DNA of 52,234 bases from the NCBI GenBank assembly GCA_963169815.1, contig CAUJDC010000055.1, forward strand, positions 1 through 52,234, given 5' to 3'. Within the stretch, counting starts at the first letter, position 1; each line of letters opens with the position of its first letter. The notes beneath the pieces are model-generated. The model saw only the letters and a program-made list of their open reading frames with translations, did not search any database and was not told where the DNA came from. Positions 17,101 to 26,091 of the stretch are shown here, in pieces. The stretch comes from Patescibacteria group bacterium. Lineage in GTDB: Bacteria > Patescibacteriota > Gracilibacteria > UBA1369. The translations under genes and the position numbers were made by a program.

Positions 17101-17331
17101 TGTAACTACGATGAATGTGACAACAACTGGTATTTCAATCATGAAGAAGTTCGTGATGATCGTATGATGTACTTCGCTGATTATTTACCAAAAGGAGTTT
17201 ATGAAATTGACTATTATGTCAGAGCGACTTCAGTTGGCAACTTTGCCGATTTACCAACTTTGGCCCAAGAAACATATTTCCCTGAAGTATTTGGTAGAAG
17301 TGAAGGCAAGAAGTTTAATGTAACTGAATGA
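11188..17331 (+). CDS. Bacterial alpha-2-macroglobulin family protein (thioester-containing), N-terminally membrane anchored
   Basis: 2047 aa from ATG 11188 (MVKSK...), followed by a TM helix (GWVMVLGALVLVVLAGVASYPF). It contains repeated MG/Ig-like domains, the thioester motif YPYGCTEQLAS (CTEQ at 15847-15858) and an alpha-helical TED-like region after it. The TTG start in the ORF track adds 40 implausible residues. Confidence 0.88.
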   Translation: MVKSKTPEEKKSRLWSDFRRRGWVMVLGALVLVVLAGVASYPFIPAPTVMGYEMKNNLREISYNAPIQITFNQWMNNSSVEQNLKFDPALPGKVSWKGNTMIYTPDEPWKIGDVYQVSIGKGAVSLLQKPLSSDYSEQIKIIDAPKVILITPNQPETPVDSEINIMFDHPVSGLTTLEEGEKNIPNIKIDPPVSGRWRWIGTSAIQFIPDKLKLATTYTVTVPKDLKLLDGGSTTEETVSRFDTVRPSVEMMTSDDAAAETIASTNSHFKLVFNQKMNLGSAKSLIKLQLVDGDKFVDVAFDAHYYNSVDWKNDLKFDSNRVDMSSFEEVAEAPADDKTVMISPIKQPKPEELEKTLVIVPGSKLVEGKSYRILVPEGVQGADGPLGTTSERTFTTNVAGPLEMTGMEQNFDMDELGVPVFSFNNQLDLRSLRGKVKISPENYDEDKKPVAPVIWGDSSITVSYKLKPAKEYKVEVAAGVKDIFGHSYDKPIEFKFITPDYKPAMNLESGSDINILDGYKPSVFYVKTTNVNDVKVQLKKLSLDQFVKFYGNGWVDYQSINMSDDEFDKTENLPIKLAKNLRGHTELNLDKWNGDKLESGFYFMQVSSPQVLLEKCNYEGFETKCKQGPKLEKSLFVVSKSAVVAKQSEQAEMVWVTDLSSGKPVEGAKVRIINNSLTKAEGTTDLDGIAKMSGADLSGLVIAERDGDISILHDTWSEGVAPWNFNIDATSSLQQYYMYLYTERPIYRPGQDVEFKGILRQEREYKFHLPEVKSVKVTATDSIGNQVYEKEIPLSKNGTFSGKLSLGEAVATGDYSLQAELVYGDKKIASYPSTFWADFKVYEYKKPEYKLDITPEQKEYVNGQTAKVKVEAGYFFGAPLKDAQITWTVKSEDYYFIIPEELAAKFTGWFSFAEEGFFCYWTCRGESAVVAQGTAKTDAEGIAEVTLPLSLGNKKMSQIYTLEATVSDANNQSVANRVSFPVHQGDFYMGIRSQDYVLEENKPAKFEVVTLTNDGKILANKTFDATIYERSWNTVKRKNVDGGFYYENSYEDKQIEKKSVTSDGEGKANFEFTIKKGGEYKVETSAKDARGNLVKSSTSVYVGGGDFINWGNANNDRIELVNDKMEYQVGDTAKILIKSPYKGVYALVTYEKDKVLEQKVIKLESNSQTIEVPITEKFLPNAFVSVIVMKGNSYDAGLKEPIAGAIDERQVASFKVGYTTLQVNTEGKRLNVKIQANKAKYAPGEEVTLSVKTTDYSGRPVPAELSLGVVDESVLSLTESVTADLINVFYRKRMLGVYSAYSLTKALSRINVVVEAGEKGGGGGGVAKRGLFKDTAYFESSLMTGSNGEGTVTFRLPDNLTTWQVMAIGITDDSTTEKTLVGSNKMSFLVTKDILVRPVLPRFMTSGDEMEISAIVHNYTDKDQPIKVSLEAPGLELKDGAEKSVNVAKNSSEKVNWKIKVGNAGNVKLSFSAIANGGEKGDSIEQVLPVKQPSFPTNVATSRVVDSDTVSADKVWLPANLDLSRGKLTIKASATLAGSINDGLLYLLSYPYGCTEQLASAILPNVTLEKLIKIGKFKTENISEEELKKNVSTGLQQLYLNQKANGGFGLWMDSDDNAYLTAYVLYTLSQAKSAGFTVDEKVINNSISYLDNYIKNTSLDAKGNLVNKAAEERYIANTRAYVLFVMSEIGKGDLGLTKNLYKVKDRLSLASTAYLMMTLQTLKEPAQDLKEYLQSNAKQTTRGVAFEEQNLDYRIFDTNTRTTAIVMLALFRENQKSPLVPKILQALLQERQAGHFLTTQDTAVSMLALIEYFEKSDELDANYQGLVLINGESVLDEPFKSDNLFESMVKEVPVDKLLNNNLDNEIASKRNGKGKMYLDLNLEYFLPLEALKAKDQGIGVIQEYFAQNDEKMESPLNTVKVGENLHGRITVVVPKDSYYVMIEDFLPAGLEGIDFNLKTSEQNLQKGKDDDCNYDECDNNWYFNHEEVRDDRMMYFADYLPKGVYEIDYYVRATSVGNFADLPTLAQETYFPEVFGRSEGKKFNVTE

Positions 17332-18005
17332 AAACCCGCGAACATAAACGTGAGTACAAAAAGTCGCTACGCAGAGAATTAATCAGGAAATGCATCCATT
17401 TACTGGAGCTCCCTGTACTGATTATGTACACTCTGCTAGCGCACTTTTATGGCGGCCGTGTAGGAATATTAGCTCTGACAGTTTTGCTGATTATATTACT
17501 AGAAATCGAATATATCAGACTGGAATATCGCCTGGAATTACCGAAACTGATTGATATTTTGCGCCGTCATGAAAAGGATAATATTGCCAGCAACATCTTC
17601 TTTATCGCTTCAACGATTATTTGTTTTGCGGCTTTTGATTTTCCAATCGCCATTTTGGCCTTGCTGATGACTGTTTTTGGTGACCTAATGTGCGCATTGG
17701 TGGGAATACGTTTTGGAAGAACTAAAATCTATAAAAAGAAAACCCTGGAAGGTTTTACGGCAGGCTTGGTAACTAATATAGGCGTGGGATTTCTGGTTAT
17801 GCCGGAGATGTGGATGGTTTTCTGTCCGATGGCGATTTCGGCCAGTTTGGTGGAATTATGGACAGGCAAATTGGACGATAACCTAACCATTCCTCTGGCA
17901 GCGGGATTTGTGGGCCAGATGATTTTATTTATAATGCAAATTCAGGTGACTAGCTTTCCAGGTCCTTTTTTGACTCAGTTGACGCAGCTGATTGGCTTAA
18001 ACTAG
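17328..18005 (+). CDS. CTP-dependent polyprenol/dolichol-kinase (CdsA-like, SEC59/COG0170-type) family membrane protein
   Basis: 225-aa polytopic protein with RKCIH near the N-terminus, GDLMCALVGIRFGRTKIYKKKTLEGFTAG and DDNLTIPL motifs typical of this family. Its ATG overlaps the A2M stop (ATGA at 17328-17331). Confidence 0.6.
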   Translation: MKTREHKREYKKSLRRELIRKCIHLLELPVLIMYTLLAHFYGGRVGILALTVLLIILLEIEYIRLEYRLELPKLIDILRRHEKDNIASNIFFIASTIICFAAFDFPIAILALLMTVFGDLMCALVGIRFGRTKIYKKKTLEGFTAGLVTNIGVGFLVMPEMWMVFCPMAISASLVELWTGKLDDNLTIPLAAGFVGQMILFIMQIQVTSFPGPFLTQLTQLIGLN

Positions 18006-19116
18006 TCTTTTCAGGAAGAAGCTTTTGAATTTCATCGAGGGCTTTTTGAGCAGATTCATCCCAGGTAAATTTCCTGGAACGATGTACTCCTCTTTCCACC
18101 AGCATATTACGCAATTGCTGATTTTCAATCAGACTGATAATGCCATCGGCAATTTTCACTGAATTACGTGGATCAATTAAAAGTCCGGCGTCTCCAACAA
18201 CTTCTGGTAAAGAAGATGTATTTGAGGCAATTACAGGGCAACCAGAGGCCATGGCCTCCAAAGGTGGAATACCAAAACCTTCGTATAGAGAAGGAAAAAC
18301 AAAAACTTCAGCCAAATTGTAGAGATGATGTAGATCCTCATCTTTGACATAGCCTAAAAAGAGCACATCCTGCTCTAAATGATGCTGCTTAACAAGTTGC
18401 TCTAATTCTTGATATTTCCAACCTTTTTTCCCGCCAATCACCAATTTATATTCAGGATATTTTCGCTTTACAATAATGAAACTCTTGATCAGATTGGCAA
18501 AGTTCTTGCGTGGTTCGAGAGTACCAACTCCTAGGATGAATTTTTCAGGTAAATTAAATTTCTTCCCTACTTTTTCAGAATCTATAGGATTCACTTCATC
18601 AAAGTAGCTGTCATGAGGCGCACAAGGAATTTCGACAGTTTGAGATTTTGGATAGTTGAAGAGAGTAATTAAATCATTTTGAGTATTTTCTGATACCACG
18701 AAAACTTTGGAGGCTTTGCGGAGGGCATTACGGAGAGTCAGACGTTCAACAAAAACTGCTTTTTTGGAGTGATTGCGTGGAAAAAGAAAAGCTACCAAAT
18801 CATGGACTACCAGGGCGACGCGCAGCCAGCGCGGAGCCAAAGCTGGAATGATAAAACTGGTTGGAGCGAGATAGAGATCGGGGCGTTCTATTTTGAGGTC
18901 TTTGAGTGTTGCTAAATGCCATTTCAGACCATGCTTATCGAGATAGCGGAAAGTGATATTATCTTGCTTTGGAAATGGGTTTTCAGGTTTGTCTGAATAG
19001 AGCAGGTATTGATTGAAAGGATCCTGCGCTAGCATAGCTTTGACCAAACCAAAGGTAAAAAAGCCTTTGCCAGTTTTTTCGCCGTCGGCGTCTCTGACAT
19101 CTATGGCAATTTTCAT
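17950..19116 (-). CDS. Glycosyltransferase family 4 (GT-B fold)
   Basis: 388 aa with the C-terminal signature [40 protein letters not shown] (the E-x7-E region of GT4 enzymes). Its 3-prime end overlaps the convergent kinase gene by 56 nt. Confidence 0.85.
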   Translation of the reverse strand: MKIAIDVRDADGEKTGKGFFTFGLVKAMLAQDPFNQYLLYSDKPENPFPKQDNITFRYLDKHGLKWHLATLKDLKIERPDLYLAPTSFIIPALAPRWLRVALVVHDLVAFLFPRNHSKKAVFVERLTLRNALRKASKVFVVSENTQNDLITLFNYPKSQTVEIPCAPHDSYFDEVNPIDSEKVGKKFNLPEKFILGVGTLEPRKNFANLIKSFIIVKRKYPEYKLVIGGKKGWKYQELEQLVKQHHLEQDVLFLGYVKDEDLHHLYNLAEVFVFPSLYEGFGIPPLEAMASGCPVIASNTSSLPEVVGDAGLLIDPRNSVKIADGIISLIENQQLRNMLVERGVHRSRKFTWDESAQKALDEIQKLLPEKTSLSQSAASTESKKDLES

Positions 19117-19199
19117 ATTGTTCTTAAATGATTAATCTTGTAAATTCTTAAGTAGCGCAATTTTAATTGATAAATATCTATTTGTCACGAAACAAAAGT

Positions 19200-20087
19200 A
19201 TGCAGAAAAATATTTGGAGCAGGCTGTCAAGCGATCAGAAATTAAACATTATTGGCTCAACACTACTGATTATCAGTCTTTTTGCCAATTGGTTTAGCGA
19301 TAAAGATGTTTTCCGTAGTGGAGACACTTTTAGTGGACTAAATGGGCCGCTTTATCTGATGGGCTATAGCATACTTATTTTGGCTATTGGAAACCTATTA
19401 CTTGGCCTTGGACAGGCTTTTAAATTCCCCATCATCAGAAACTTCAGCAAATCTAATGTAGGTAAGCAACAGATGGGAATTGGCTTTGGTACAATGTACT
19501 TATTGGTATTGGTGAATTCAGTTTATTTCCATCCGCAATTTGGATTGAATATTCTAAGTAAAAAATCTGAAGCGGGTGTTTTACTGGCTTTGGTAGCATC
19601 AGTTTTGATCTGTATAGGTGGGTATTTGGCCTATAGACAAAAGTTTATCGAACAAGAAAAAACTGAAACACCAGTAGCTGCACGTGAAAAAATTGATGTC
19701 AAAGTAACAGCGACCGTTACGGCTCCTGCTCCAACACCAGTGAAAGCCCCTTCTGAACTTTCTCGCGAAGTAGAAAACTCCATTGCCAATGCTATTCCGG
19801 AAATTCAACCAGCAACTGTTCATCGCAGCCTGCAAACAGAAAAGGAGCCTGCTATTAAAACTGATTATGAGCGCAGCAAGCTTTATGAAAATCTAAAAAA
19901 ATCGATGGTTCGCGATACACTTTCTCCACAGGAAAGAAAGAAACTGCGTGAAAAAGAAACTAATGAAAGTGTTTTTTCGGCTAAGTTTGCCAAAAAGGCA
20001 AATGAGCAATTGGTAACAGCTGATAAAGCCAAATCTGAAGCAAAGCCAACTGAAAAGAAAGTTCAAGCCTGGAGAATGGATTTATAA
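19200..20087 (+). CDS. Hypothetical polytopic membrane protein with a Lys/Glu-rich C-terminal tail
   Basis: ATG 19200 (MQKNIWSRL) is preferred over TTG 19167. There are about 5 hydrophobic helices followed by a low-complexity charged tail. No recognizable family. Confidence 0.6.
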   Translation: MQKNIWSRLSSDQKLNIIGSTLLIISLFANWFSDKDVFRSGDTFSGLNGPLYLMGYSILILAIGNLLLGLGQAFKFPIIRNFSKSNVGKQQMGIGFGTMYLLVLVNSVYFHPQFGLNILSKKSEAGVLLALVASVLICIGGYLAYRQKFIEQEKTETPVAAREKIDVKVTATVTAPAPTPVKAPSELSREVENSIANAIPEIQPATVHRSLQTEKEPAIKTDYERSKLYENLKKSMVRDTLSPQERKKLREKETNESVFSAKFAKKANEQLVTADKAKSEAKPTEKKVQAWRMDL

Positions 20088-20094
20088 TTGATTT

Positions 20095-20493
20095 ATGCAA
20101 AAAAGACCAAGAAATAGAAATGATAGAAAGCCATTTTTTGGCCGTGGTAAAGGCAGAGGTGATGCCAAGAAAATGGTGGCTAATAGCCAAGCTCCAGACA
20201 ATACACCTGTACCAGCTGGACTGTTATTTTATTGCAAAACTTGTGAAGAAGTTTTAGACGGTTTTGCACCGGCTACATTTAATTTTCAAGTTCCACCAGA
20301 GCATCTAGAAGCTGCCAAAAAGAAATTGGAAGCTAAGATTAAACATGATGGTGAAGAAAGAGATTTACGCGATTGTGAAATTGTCTATGGTACTGAACGC
20401 AGCATAAAGCATTTCTTCAAAATCAAAGACGAGAAATTCGACGCTCTCAGACGCGAAGAAGAAGAAAAAGCGGTTAGAGCGGATAAGTTATAA
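20095..20493 (+). CDS. Hypothetical small basic protein
   Basis: 132-aa ORF with an Arg/Gly/Lys-rich N-terminus (RPRNRNDRKPFFGRGKGRGD) and a CKTCEE motif. It starts 8 nt after the preceding gene. No recognizable family. Confidence 0.5.
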   Translation: MQKRPRNRNDRKPFFGRGKGRGDAKKMVANSQAPDNTPVPAGLLFYCKTCEEVLDGFAPATFNFQVPPEHLEAAKKKLEAKIKHDGEERDLRDCEIVYGTERSIKHFFKIKDEKFDALRREEEEKAVRADKL

Positions 20494-22716
20494 TTTTCTC
20501 AGTGGCGCAATAGACAAGGCCAACTTCTTGGTTCCAATACGAATGGAATCGAATTTGATAGTGGCCACGCCACCTCTGATTTCAATAACTTCTCCTTCGC
20601 CAAAAGTTTGATGAGAAACTCGATCCCCTTCCTGCAAAACCGGAGATTCATCGGCGAAAGATTGAGGCTCTGGCACAAAGCGTGGGCCAGCATCTGGAGC
20701 ATTTTCGATAGGAATTGGGCGTGTCCTTTCTGAGGTACTTGAGTCAGAGAGAAATTTATCCAAATTGAATTTACTCTTAGCTTCGTATTTTCCAACTTCC
20801 TGTTCTAACACTTCTGGCGGAATGTCCTTGATGAATTGAGAAGGTGGATTGGCCTGAGAATCACCATACAATAAGCGATTTCGGGCGTGCAGGAGATAGA
20901 GTTTGTCTTTGGCACGAGTGAGTGCCACATACATTAAACGTCTTTCTTCTTCCAATTCATTGCGTTCCAAGAGAGAGCGGGAATGCGGGAAAATTCCATC
21001 TTCCAGACCCACCAGGAAAACTGTTGGAAATTCCAAACCTTTGGCGGAATGGATGGTCATCAAGGTGACCGCATTGTCTTGCTGATCGAGTTTATCAATA
21101 TCAGCAATCAAAGCGATTTCTTCGAGGAAAATGGCCAAAGATTCACCTGGAGCGAGTTTGTCGTATTTACCAGCAACAGAAACCAATTCATAAACGTTTT
21201 GTAAACGTGCTTCTCCTTCTGCTGTGCCGTCGTCGAGGAAACGTTTATAACCGGAGAGATCGAGTACATGTTTGATCAGACCGGCGACATGGAATTCATT
21301 TTTTAATCTCTGTAAATCAGCAATCAGTCTAGTGAAATCTTCCAGAGCTTTGGATTTGGATCCGCGAATTGCCTCAATGGAGTCAATAGCGGCTAGAGCC
21401 TGCCAAAAGCTCAGGTCATGCTCAACGGCATAACCTTGAATGGTATCGATAGTTTTTTGGCCGATTTTACGGGCCGGAACATTGATGATGCGCAGTAGTG
21501 AAATTGAATCATTGGGATTTAAGAGAACACGCAAATAGGCAACTAATTCTTTGATTTCTTTACGCTCATAGAATTTGATACCACCAATAATTTTATAAGG
21601 GATGCCATAGCGCAAAAAGGCTTCTTCCAACACACGGGATTGAGCATTGGTACGATAAAGTACGACAAAATGGCGATAATCTTTTTCTTCCATCAGCATT
21701 AATTTGTCCAGAACAGTTTTAGCAATAAATTCCCCTTCTTCACGTTCATTGCCAACAGTTTTGAGAGTTACTTTTTCCCCACCATCACGATCTGTCCAAA
21801 GTTTTTTGTCTTTACGCTGAGTGTTTTTGACGATGACATTGTGGGCAGCGTCCAAAATGATTTGAGTAGAGCGATAATTCTGTTCGAGATAAACGACACT
21901 CGACTCTGGATAATCTTTCTCAAAATTGAGAATGTTTTGAATATTGGCTCCGCGGAAAGAATAAATAGATTGGTCTGAATCACCGATCACACAAAGATTG
22001 CGATATTTGGCAGCCAACAGATTGGTCAAAACATATTGAGCATGATTGGTATCCTGATACTCATCCACAGAAATAAAACGGAATTGTTCCTGGTAATAAT
22101 CCAAAACATCCGGAAATTGGCGGAATAATTGCACTGTTTTCATAATGATATCGTCGAAATCCAAGGCATTGTTTTTCTGTAGCTGATGCTGATAACGCTT
22201 GTAGCAGGTGGCAACTTTTTCAGTGAAATAATTATTGGCAAATTTACCATATTCATCAGGCCCAACTAATTCATTTTTAGCACCAGAAATGAAGTTCAAA
22301 ATTGCTTTAGGGTTGAATTGTTTGGCATCGATTAACAAATCTTCCAAAACACTTTTCATCAGTAATTGCTGATCAGCTGTATCGTAAATGACAAAGCTCT
22401 GATGAAGTCCAAGTTTATGTATGTGTTTGCGTAATATGCGTACGCAAATAGAGTGAAAAGTGCCTAAAACTGGAGCATAAGTTTCGTCATTGTGACCAAG
22501 CAGTCGAAGCACTCTTTCTTTCATTTCATTAGCAGCTTTGTTGGTAAAAGTTACCGCCAAAATATTCCAGGGTTTAATCCCCTTTTCTTTAATTAAATAA
22601 GCAATGCGAGTGGTCAAAGCAGCAGTTTTTCCAGAGCCGGCACCTGCCAAAACGAGTATTGGTCCTTCAAATTGAAGAACGACCTTTTTCTGCATATCAT
22701 TGAGCCGATCGAGCAT
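20488..22716 (-). CDS. pcrA: ATP-dependent DNA helicase PcrA/UvrD (SF1)
   Basis: 742 aa with Walker A AGAGSGKTAALTTR, motif II VDEYQDTNHAQY, later SF1 motifs (TIHSAKGLEFPTVFL, YVALTRAKDKL) and a C-terminal Tudor-like tail. Confidence 0.92.
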   Translation of the reverse strand: MLDRLNDMQKKVVLQFEGPILVLAGAGSGKTAALTTRIAYLIKEKGIKPWNILAVTFTNKAANEMKERVLRLLGHNDETYAPVLGTFHSICVRILRKHIHKLGLHQSFVIYDTADQQLLMKSVLEDLLIDAKQFNPKAILNFISGAKNELVGPDEYGKFANNYFTEKVATCYKRYQHQLQKNNALDFDDIIMKTVQLFRQFPDVLDYYQEQFRFISVDEYQDTNHAQYVLTNLLAAKYRNLCVIGDSDQSIYSFRGANIQNILNFEKDYPESSVVYLEQNYRSTQIILDAAHNVIVKNTQRKDKKLWTDRDGGEKVTLKTVGNEREEGEFIAKTVLDKLMLMEEKDYRHFVVLYRTNAQSRVLEEAFLRYGIPYKIIGGIKFYERKEIKELVAYLRVLLNPNDSISLLRIINVPARKIGQKTIDTIQGYAVEHDLSFWQALAAIDSIEAIRGSKSKALEDFTRLIADLQRLKNEFHVAGLIKHVLDLSGYKRFLDDGTAEGEARLQNVYELVSVAGKYDKLAPGESLAIFLEEIALIADIDKLDQQDNAVTLMTIHSAKGLEFPTVFLVGLEDGIFPHSRSLLERNELEEERRLMYVALTRAKDKLYLLHARNRLLYGDSQANPPSQFIKDIPPEVLEQEVGKYEAKSKFNLDKFLSDSSTSERTRPIPIENAPDAGPRFVPEPQSFADESPVLQEGDRVSHQTFGEGEVIEIRGGVATIKFDSIRIGTKKLALSIAPLRKL

Positions 22717-22795
22717 GTTGAAAGATTGTTGAGTAGTGGTGAAAAACTATCAGCTTTCCAAAATGAAAGCCAGCCAATATAGTTGACTGAAATTG

Positions 22796-23848
22796 TTACC
22801 AGGCTACTTTCATTGGAGTACCAACATCAGCGAAGTTGAAGGCAAATTCGGCGTCTTCTGGCAATAAGCGAATACAACCATGACTGCGTGGTGAGCCAAT
22901 ATGATTTAAGGCTTCTCTCCAGAAAACTCCACGATCATTGGCTAAACTTGGAAGGGCGTGAATGCCATAACCACCTCTTCTAAACTGCATGAACTTTGGC
23001 ATGATGTAATGAGGCTTACTAGCAGCTACTCTCACTTCCTGTTTGAATTGGATATTGTAATTACCAACGGGAGTCGGCGTAGAAGCTTTGCCTGTGGAAA
23101 CACGGAAAGTTTTAATAACCACATCGCCGAGCTTGATATACATTTTCTGTTCAGACAGATCCACATTGATACTCTTGTTGCCAAACTTTGGATCTATTAG
23201 ATTTAAACTAACTGGAAGATCTTTAGTGATATTATAAATATCTTCTGGGACTGCTGGCTCACCAACTTTGACATCAAAACTTAATTCAGCGTCTTCTTTG
23301 ATCCAAGTTTTTCCTTCTACTACTGGGGCAAAATATTCGCGATAAATACCTGGATCGACCGGAGCGTGAGCAGTGAAAGTGAATTCCGCCGACTCACCTG
23401 GATTAACTCGACCAGTTTTCATCTTGATACGATTTGCTCCGAGCCACTGTGTGTCACCGAAAACTGCTGGTGCATGAAAAACACTGACACGATCCTGATC
23501 TCTACTTGTGCCTAAATAGACAGGATTGAGCACATTTGAACAACCGCTGCTAGTACCTAACCAAGGCATATTACCGGTGTTTTGAATCTTAACTGTGATA
23601 TAAAAAAGTTCATTTGGCTGAACCTGCTGTGGAGCGTCAATCGACGTCAATCGACCACTATAGATAGGTTTTTCCTGTGCCTCAATATTACAAGAGATTG
23701 CAACTTTATTGGCGATATTATTGATTAACTGAGCCGCGCTACTAATATATCGCACCTTGTTTGGAGCCTGTGCTGAAGCCATGTCGACAGCCAATAGACA
23801 GGATAGGACAAGACAGGTTGCGAAGGTTAATGACAGTTTGGATTTCAT
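22796..23848 (-). CDS. Secreted L,D-transpeptidase (YkuD domain) with an N-terminal Ig-like/NBR1-like domain
   Basis: Signal peptide, then the YkuD catalytic motif GIHALP...SPRSHGCIRL near the C-terminus. Confidence 0.85.
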   Translation of the reverse strand: MKSKLSLTFATCLVLSCLLAVDMASAQAPNKVRYISSAAQLINNIANKVAISCNIEAQEKPIYSGRLTSIDAPQQVQPNELFYITVKIQNTGNMPWLGTSSGCSNVLNPVYLGTSRDQDRVSVFHAPAVFGDTQWLGANRIKMKTGRVNPGESAEFTFTAHAPVDPGIYREYFAPVVEGKTWIKEDAELSFDVKVGEPAVPEDIYNITKDLPVSLNLIDPKFGNKSINVDLSEQKMYIKLGDVVIKTFRVSTGKASTPTPVGNYNIQFKQEVRVAASKPHYIMPKFMQFRRGGYGIHALPSLANDRGVFWREALNHIGSPRSHGCIRLLPEDAEFAFNFADVGTPMKVAW

Positions 23849-23947
23849 TTTGTTTTTGTTTAATTAAGTTATTATAACACAAAATAACCGGATTGACAAA
23901 GGCCAGGTATTAAGATAATATTCGCGCTTATATAAATCTTATTATTT

Positions 23948-24502
23948 ATGACTAAAGACATTGGCAGAGGTCCAGAGTTTGTTAGTTTTGACGAAGAAAG
24001 ACATGGATTAAAACTAAGTGTTCCAGAAGGAGAACAGGGTTTAATAAAATTAGTTGGAACTATGCCGGTATTTACTGACTATTATGTTGGAAAAAAATTT
24101 GCAGGCGAAGAATGCACGCATGTAGACATGGCTACTATTAGATTTGCCAAAAAGTTTAGAGATAAATATGGATTGGCTTTTGGCATTTATAATATGTTCT
24201 TTGGAAATGAAAAACAGGGGCGTAAACTTTGCCCCGAAAAGAACTGTTCAGATATTTTAGGAATAATTCGCTTTAAAATTGCGGCGGTAACAGATCTTGA
24301 TGGAGAACTGGTCAAAATAGGTTCAGTAGCGCCTCCTGCTCTTTATGAATTATTGATCGCAACTAATAGGGAAATTGCTGTTTGTCTTAAACATCGAGAA
24401 ATAGCTAAAGAGACAAGGTCAAAGAGACGAAAGAAAGGTAACCTAATAGAATTTCCGCTTTCGATTAACTTTTTTAGAGGGTTTGACCCAGCTAACGATT
24501 AG
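23948..24502 (+). CDS. Hypothetical protein
   Basis: 184-aa ORF with no recognizable motif. It has a basic C-terminal segment (RSKRRKKG). Its stop overlaps the nrdR stop on the other strand. Confidence 0.5.
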   Translation: MTKDIGRGPEFVSFDEERHGLKLSVPEGEQGLIKLVGTMPVFTDYYVGKKFAGEECTHVDMATIRFAKKFRDKYGLAFGIYNMFFGNEKQGRKLCPEKNCSDILGIIRFKIAAVTDLDGELVKIGSVAPPALYELLIATNREIAVCLKHREIAKETRSKRRKKGNLIEFPLSINFFRGFDPAND

Positions 24503-24951
24503 CCCAATAGCTTCTGCAATTCTCGTTTGAAAGTTTCAATATCTTTGAATTGCCTATAAACGCTGGCAAAGCGGATATAAGCCACTTCATCGAGTTCACG
24601 AAGAGAATTCATTACATCTTCGCCGATAATTTTGCTTGGAACTTCTTTGCCCAAGTTAGACCATTTTTCCTCTAACTTGTCGAGAAGTTCTGTAACTTGA
24701 TCACTGGTAACTGGTCTTTTTTCGCAGGCTTTCCAAATACCAGATTCGAGCTTCTCACGGTTATATGGTTCGCGAGATTGGTCTTTTTTTACAATCAAAA
24801 AATTAGTGAATTCAATGCGCTCAAAAGTAGTGAAACGGAAATGGCATTTGTTGTTATTACAAGCTCTGCGACGGCGAATTTCTTTTTGCTCATTGGTGTC
24901 GCGGGAGTCTAGTACGCGGGTATCTGATTGTTTACATTTTGGACAGAGCAC
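24499..24951 (-). CDS. nrdR: Transcriptional repressor NrdR (zinc ribbon + ATP-cone)
   Basis: MLCPKCKQSDTRVLDSRD...RRRRACNNNKCHFRFTTFERIE followed by an ATP-cone segment. 150 aa, the typical size. Confidence 0.92.
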   Translation of the reverse strand: MLCPKCKQSDTRVLDSRDTNEQKEIRRRRACNNNKCHFRFTTFERIEFTNFLIVKKDQSREPYNREKLESGIWKACEKRPVTSDQVTELLDKLEEKWSNLGKEVPSKIIGEDVMNSLRELDEVAYIRFASVYRQFKDIETFKRELQKLLG

Positions 24952-25053
24952 GCTTAAACTTTTAAAAGATTGGTGTTAGAAGTATAGCGATCTTTTTTGA
25001 TAGTTTCAAACGTGCTAAGATGCTTTCGCTTGATAGATATTTAGTTTGCAGCA

Positions 25054-26004
25054 ATGAGCAAATCTCTACAATTAAAAGAAGCCGTACAAAAATTCCTGGA
25101 ATACTGTGAAGTTACACGGAATCAATCACTGAAAACTTTGGAAAATTACAATCATTATTTAGCCAGGTTAGTGGAATTTTGTGGCGCTCAAAAACCAGTA
25201 AAATCAGTTAATATTGAAGATATCAATCAATACAGAATATTCCTTAATCGCTTAAAAGATGAAAATGGCGAACCTTTACTCTCTATAAAAACGCAAGGCT
25301 ATCATATAATCGCGCTGCGAGCTTTTCTAAAATATTTAGCCAAACAGGACATTGAGTGTATTTCTCCCGAGAAAATCGAATTGGGGAAAGTGCCGCAAAG
25401 ATCAGTGGATTTTTTGGAAAGAGAAGAATTAAATAGGCTGTTTGCAAGCATCAAGAAAGACAATATTTCTGGAATGAGAGATTATGCGATTTTACGTACT
25501 CTATACTCAACTGGATTACGTATCAGTGAGTTAGTAAAGCTGGATAAGGAGATGATTAATTTGGAAACCAGAGAATTTAGAGTGCTGGGTAAAGGTGGAA
25601 AGCATCGTATTGTTTTCCTTTCTGGAGAGGCTGCTCTAGCTATTGCTGCCTATTTAAACCTGAGAAGAGATAGTCTAAAACCTGTATTTGTTAATCATGG
25701 CAGAGGAAAAGCAGAAAAAGAGGAAGATATTATTGCAGGAAAAGTAAACTTAAATGAAAAACGTCGCATCAGTCCTACGATGGTACAATACTTGGTTAGA
25801 AATTATGCTCGCAAAGCTGGGCTGGTGAAAAAAGTGACACCGCATAAATTGCGCCATAGTTTTGCTACAGAATTATTAAAAAATGGTGCTGATCTCCGTT
25901 CTGTTCAGGAAATGTTGGGACATAGTTCAATTACTACTACCCAGATATATACCCATGTTACTAATCAGAGACTCAAGGAAATACATGATCGTTTTCACAA
26001 TTAA
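25054..26004 (+). CDS. Tyrosine recombinase, XerC/XerD type
   Basis: N-terminal SAM-like domain and a catalytic domain with R (GLRISEL), HKLRHSFAT and LGHSSITTTQIYTHV (the catalytic Tyr). Confidence 0.85.
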   Translation: MSKSLQLKEAVQKFLEYCEVTRNQSLKTLENYNHYLARLVEFCGAQKPVKSVNIEDINQYRIFLNRLKDENGEPLLSIKTQGYHIIALRAFLKYLAKQDIECISPEKIELGKVPQRSVDFLEREELNRLFASIKKDNISGMRDYAILRTLYSTGLRISELVKLDKEMINLETREFRVLGKGGKHRIVFLSGEAALAIAAYLNLRRDSLKPVFVNHGRGKAEKEEDIIAGKVNLNEKRRISPTMVQYLVRNYARKAGLVKKVTPHKLRHSFATELLKNGADLRSVQEMLGHSSITTTQIYTHVTNQRLKEIHDRFHN

Positions 26005-26091
26005 TTGAATTCGCCTATACAGGTGACTGGTCGGGTGATTATACGAGTGATAAGGATTGAAAAACGGCTTAAAGAAGCTTAAAATCAAAAT

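Noticed and set aside
25054-26004. Tyrosine recombinase as the integrase of a mobile element
   Set aside because: It is flanked by nrdR and ftsE. No phage, plasmid or transposon genes, flanking repeats or adjacent tRNA target are present. Sequence and size fit a housekeeping XerC/XerD.
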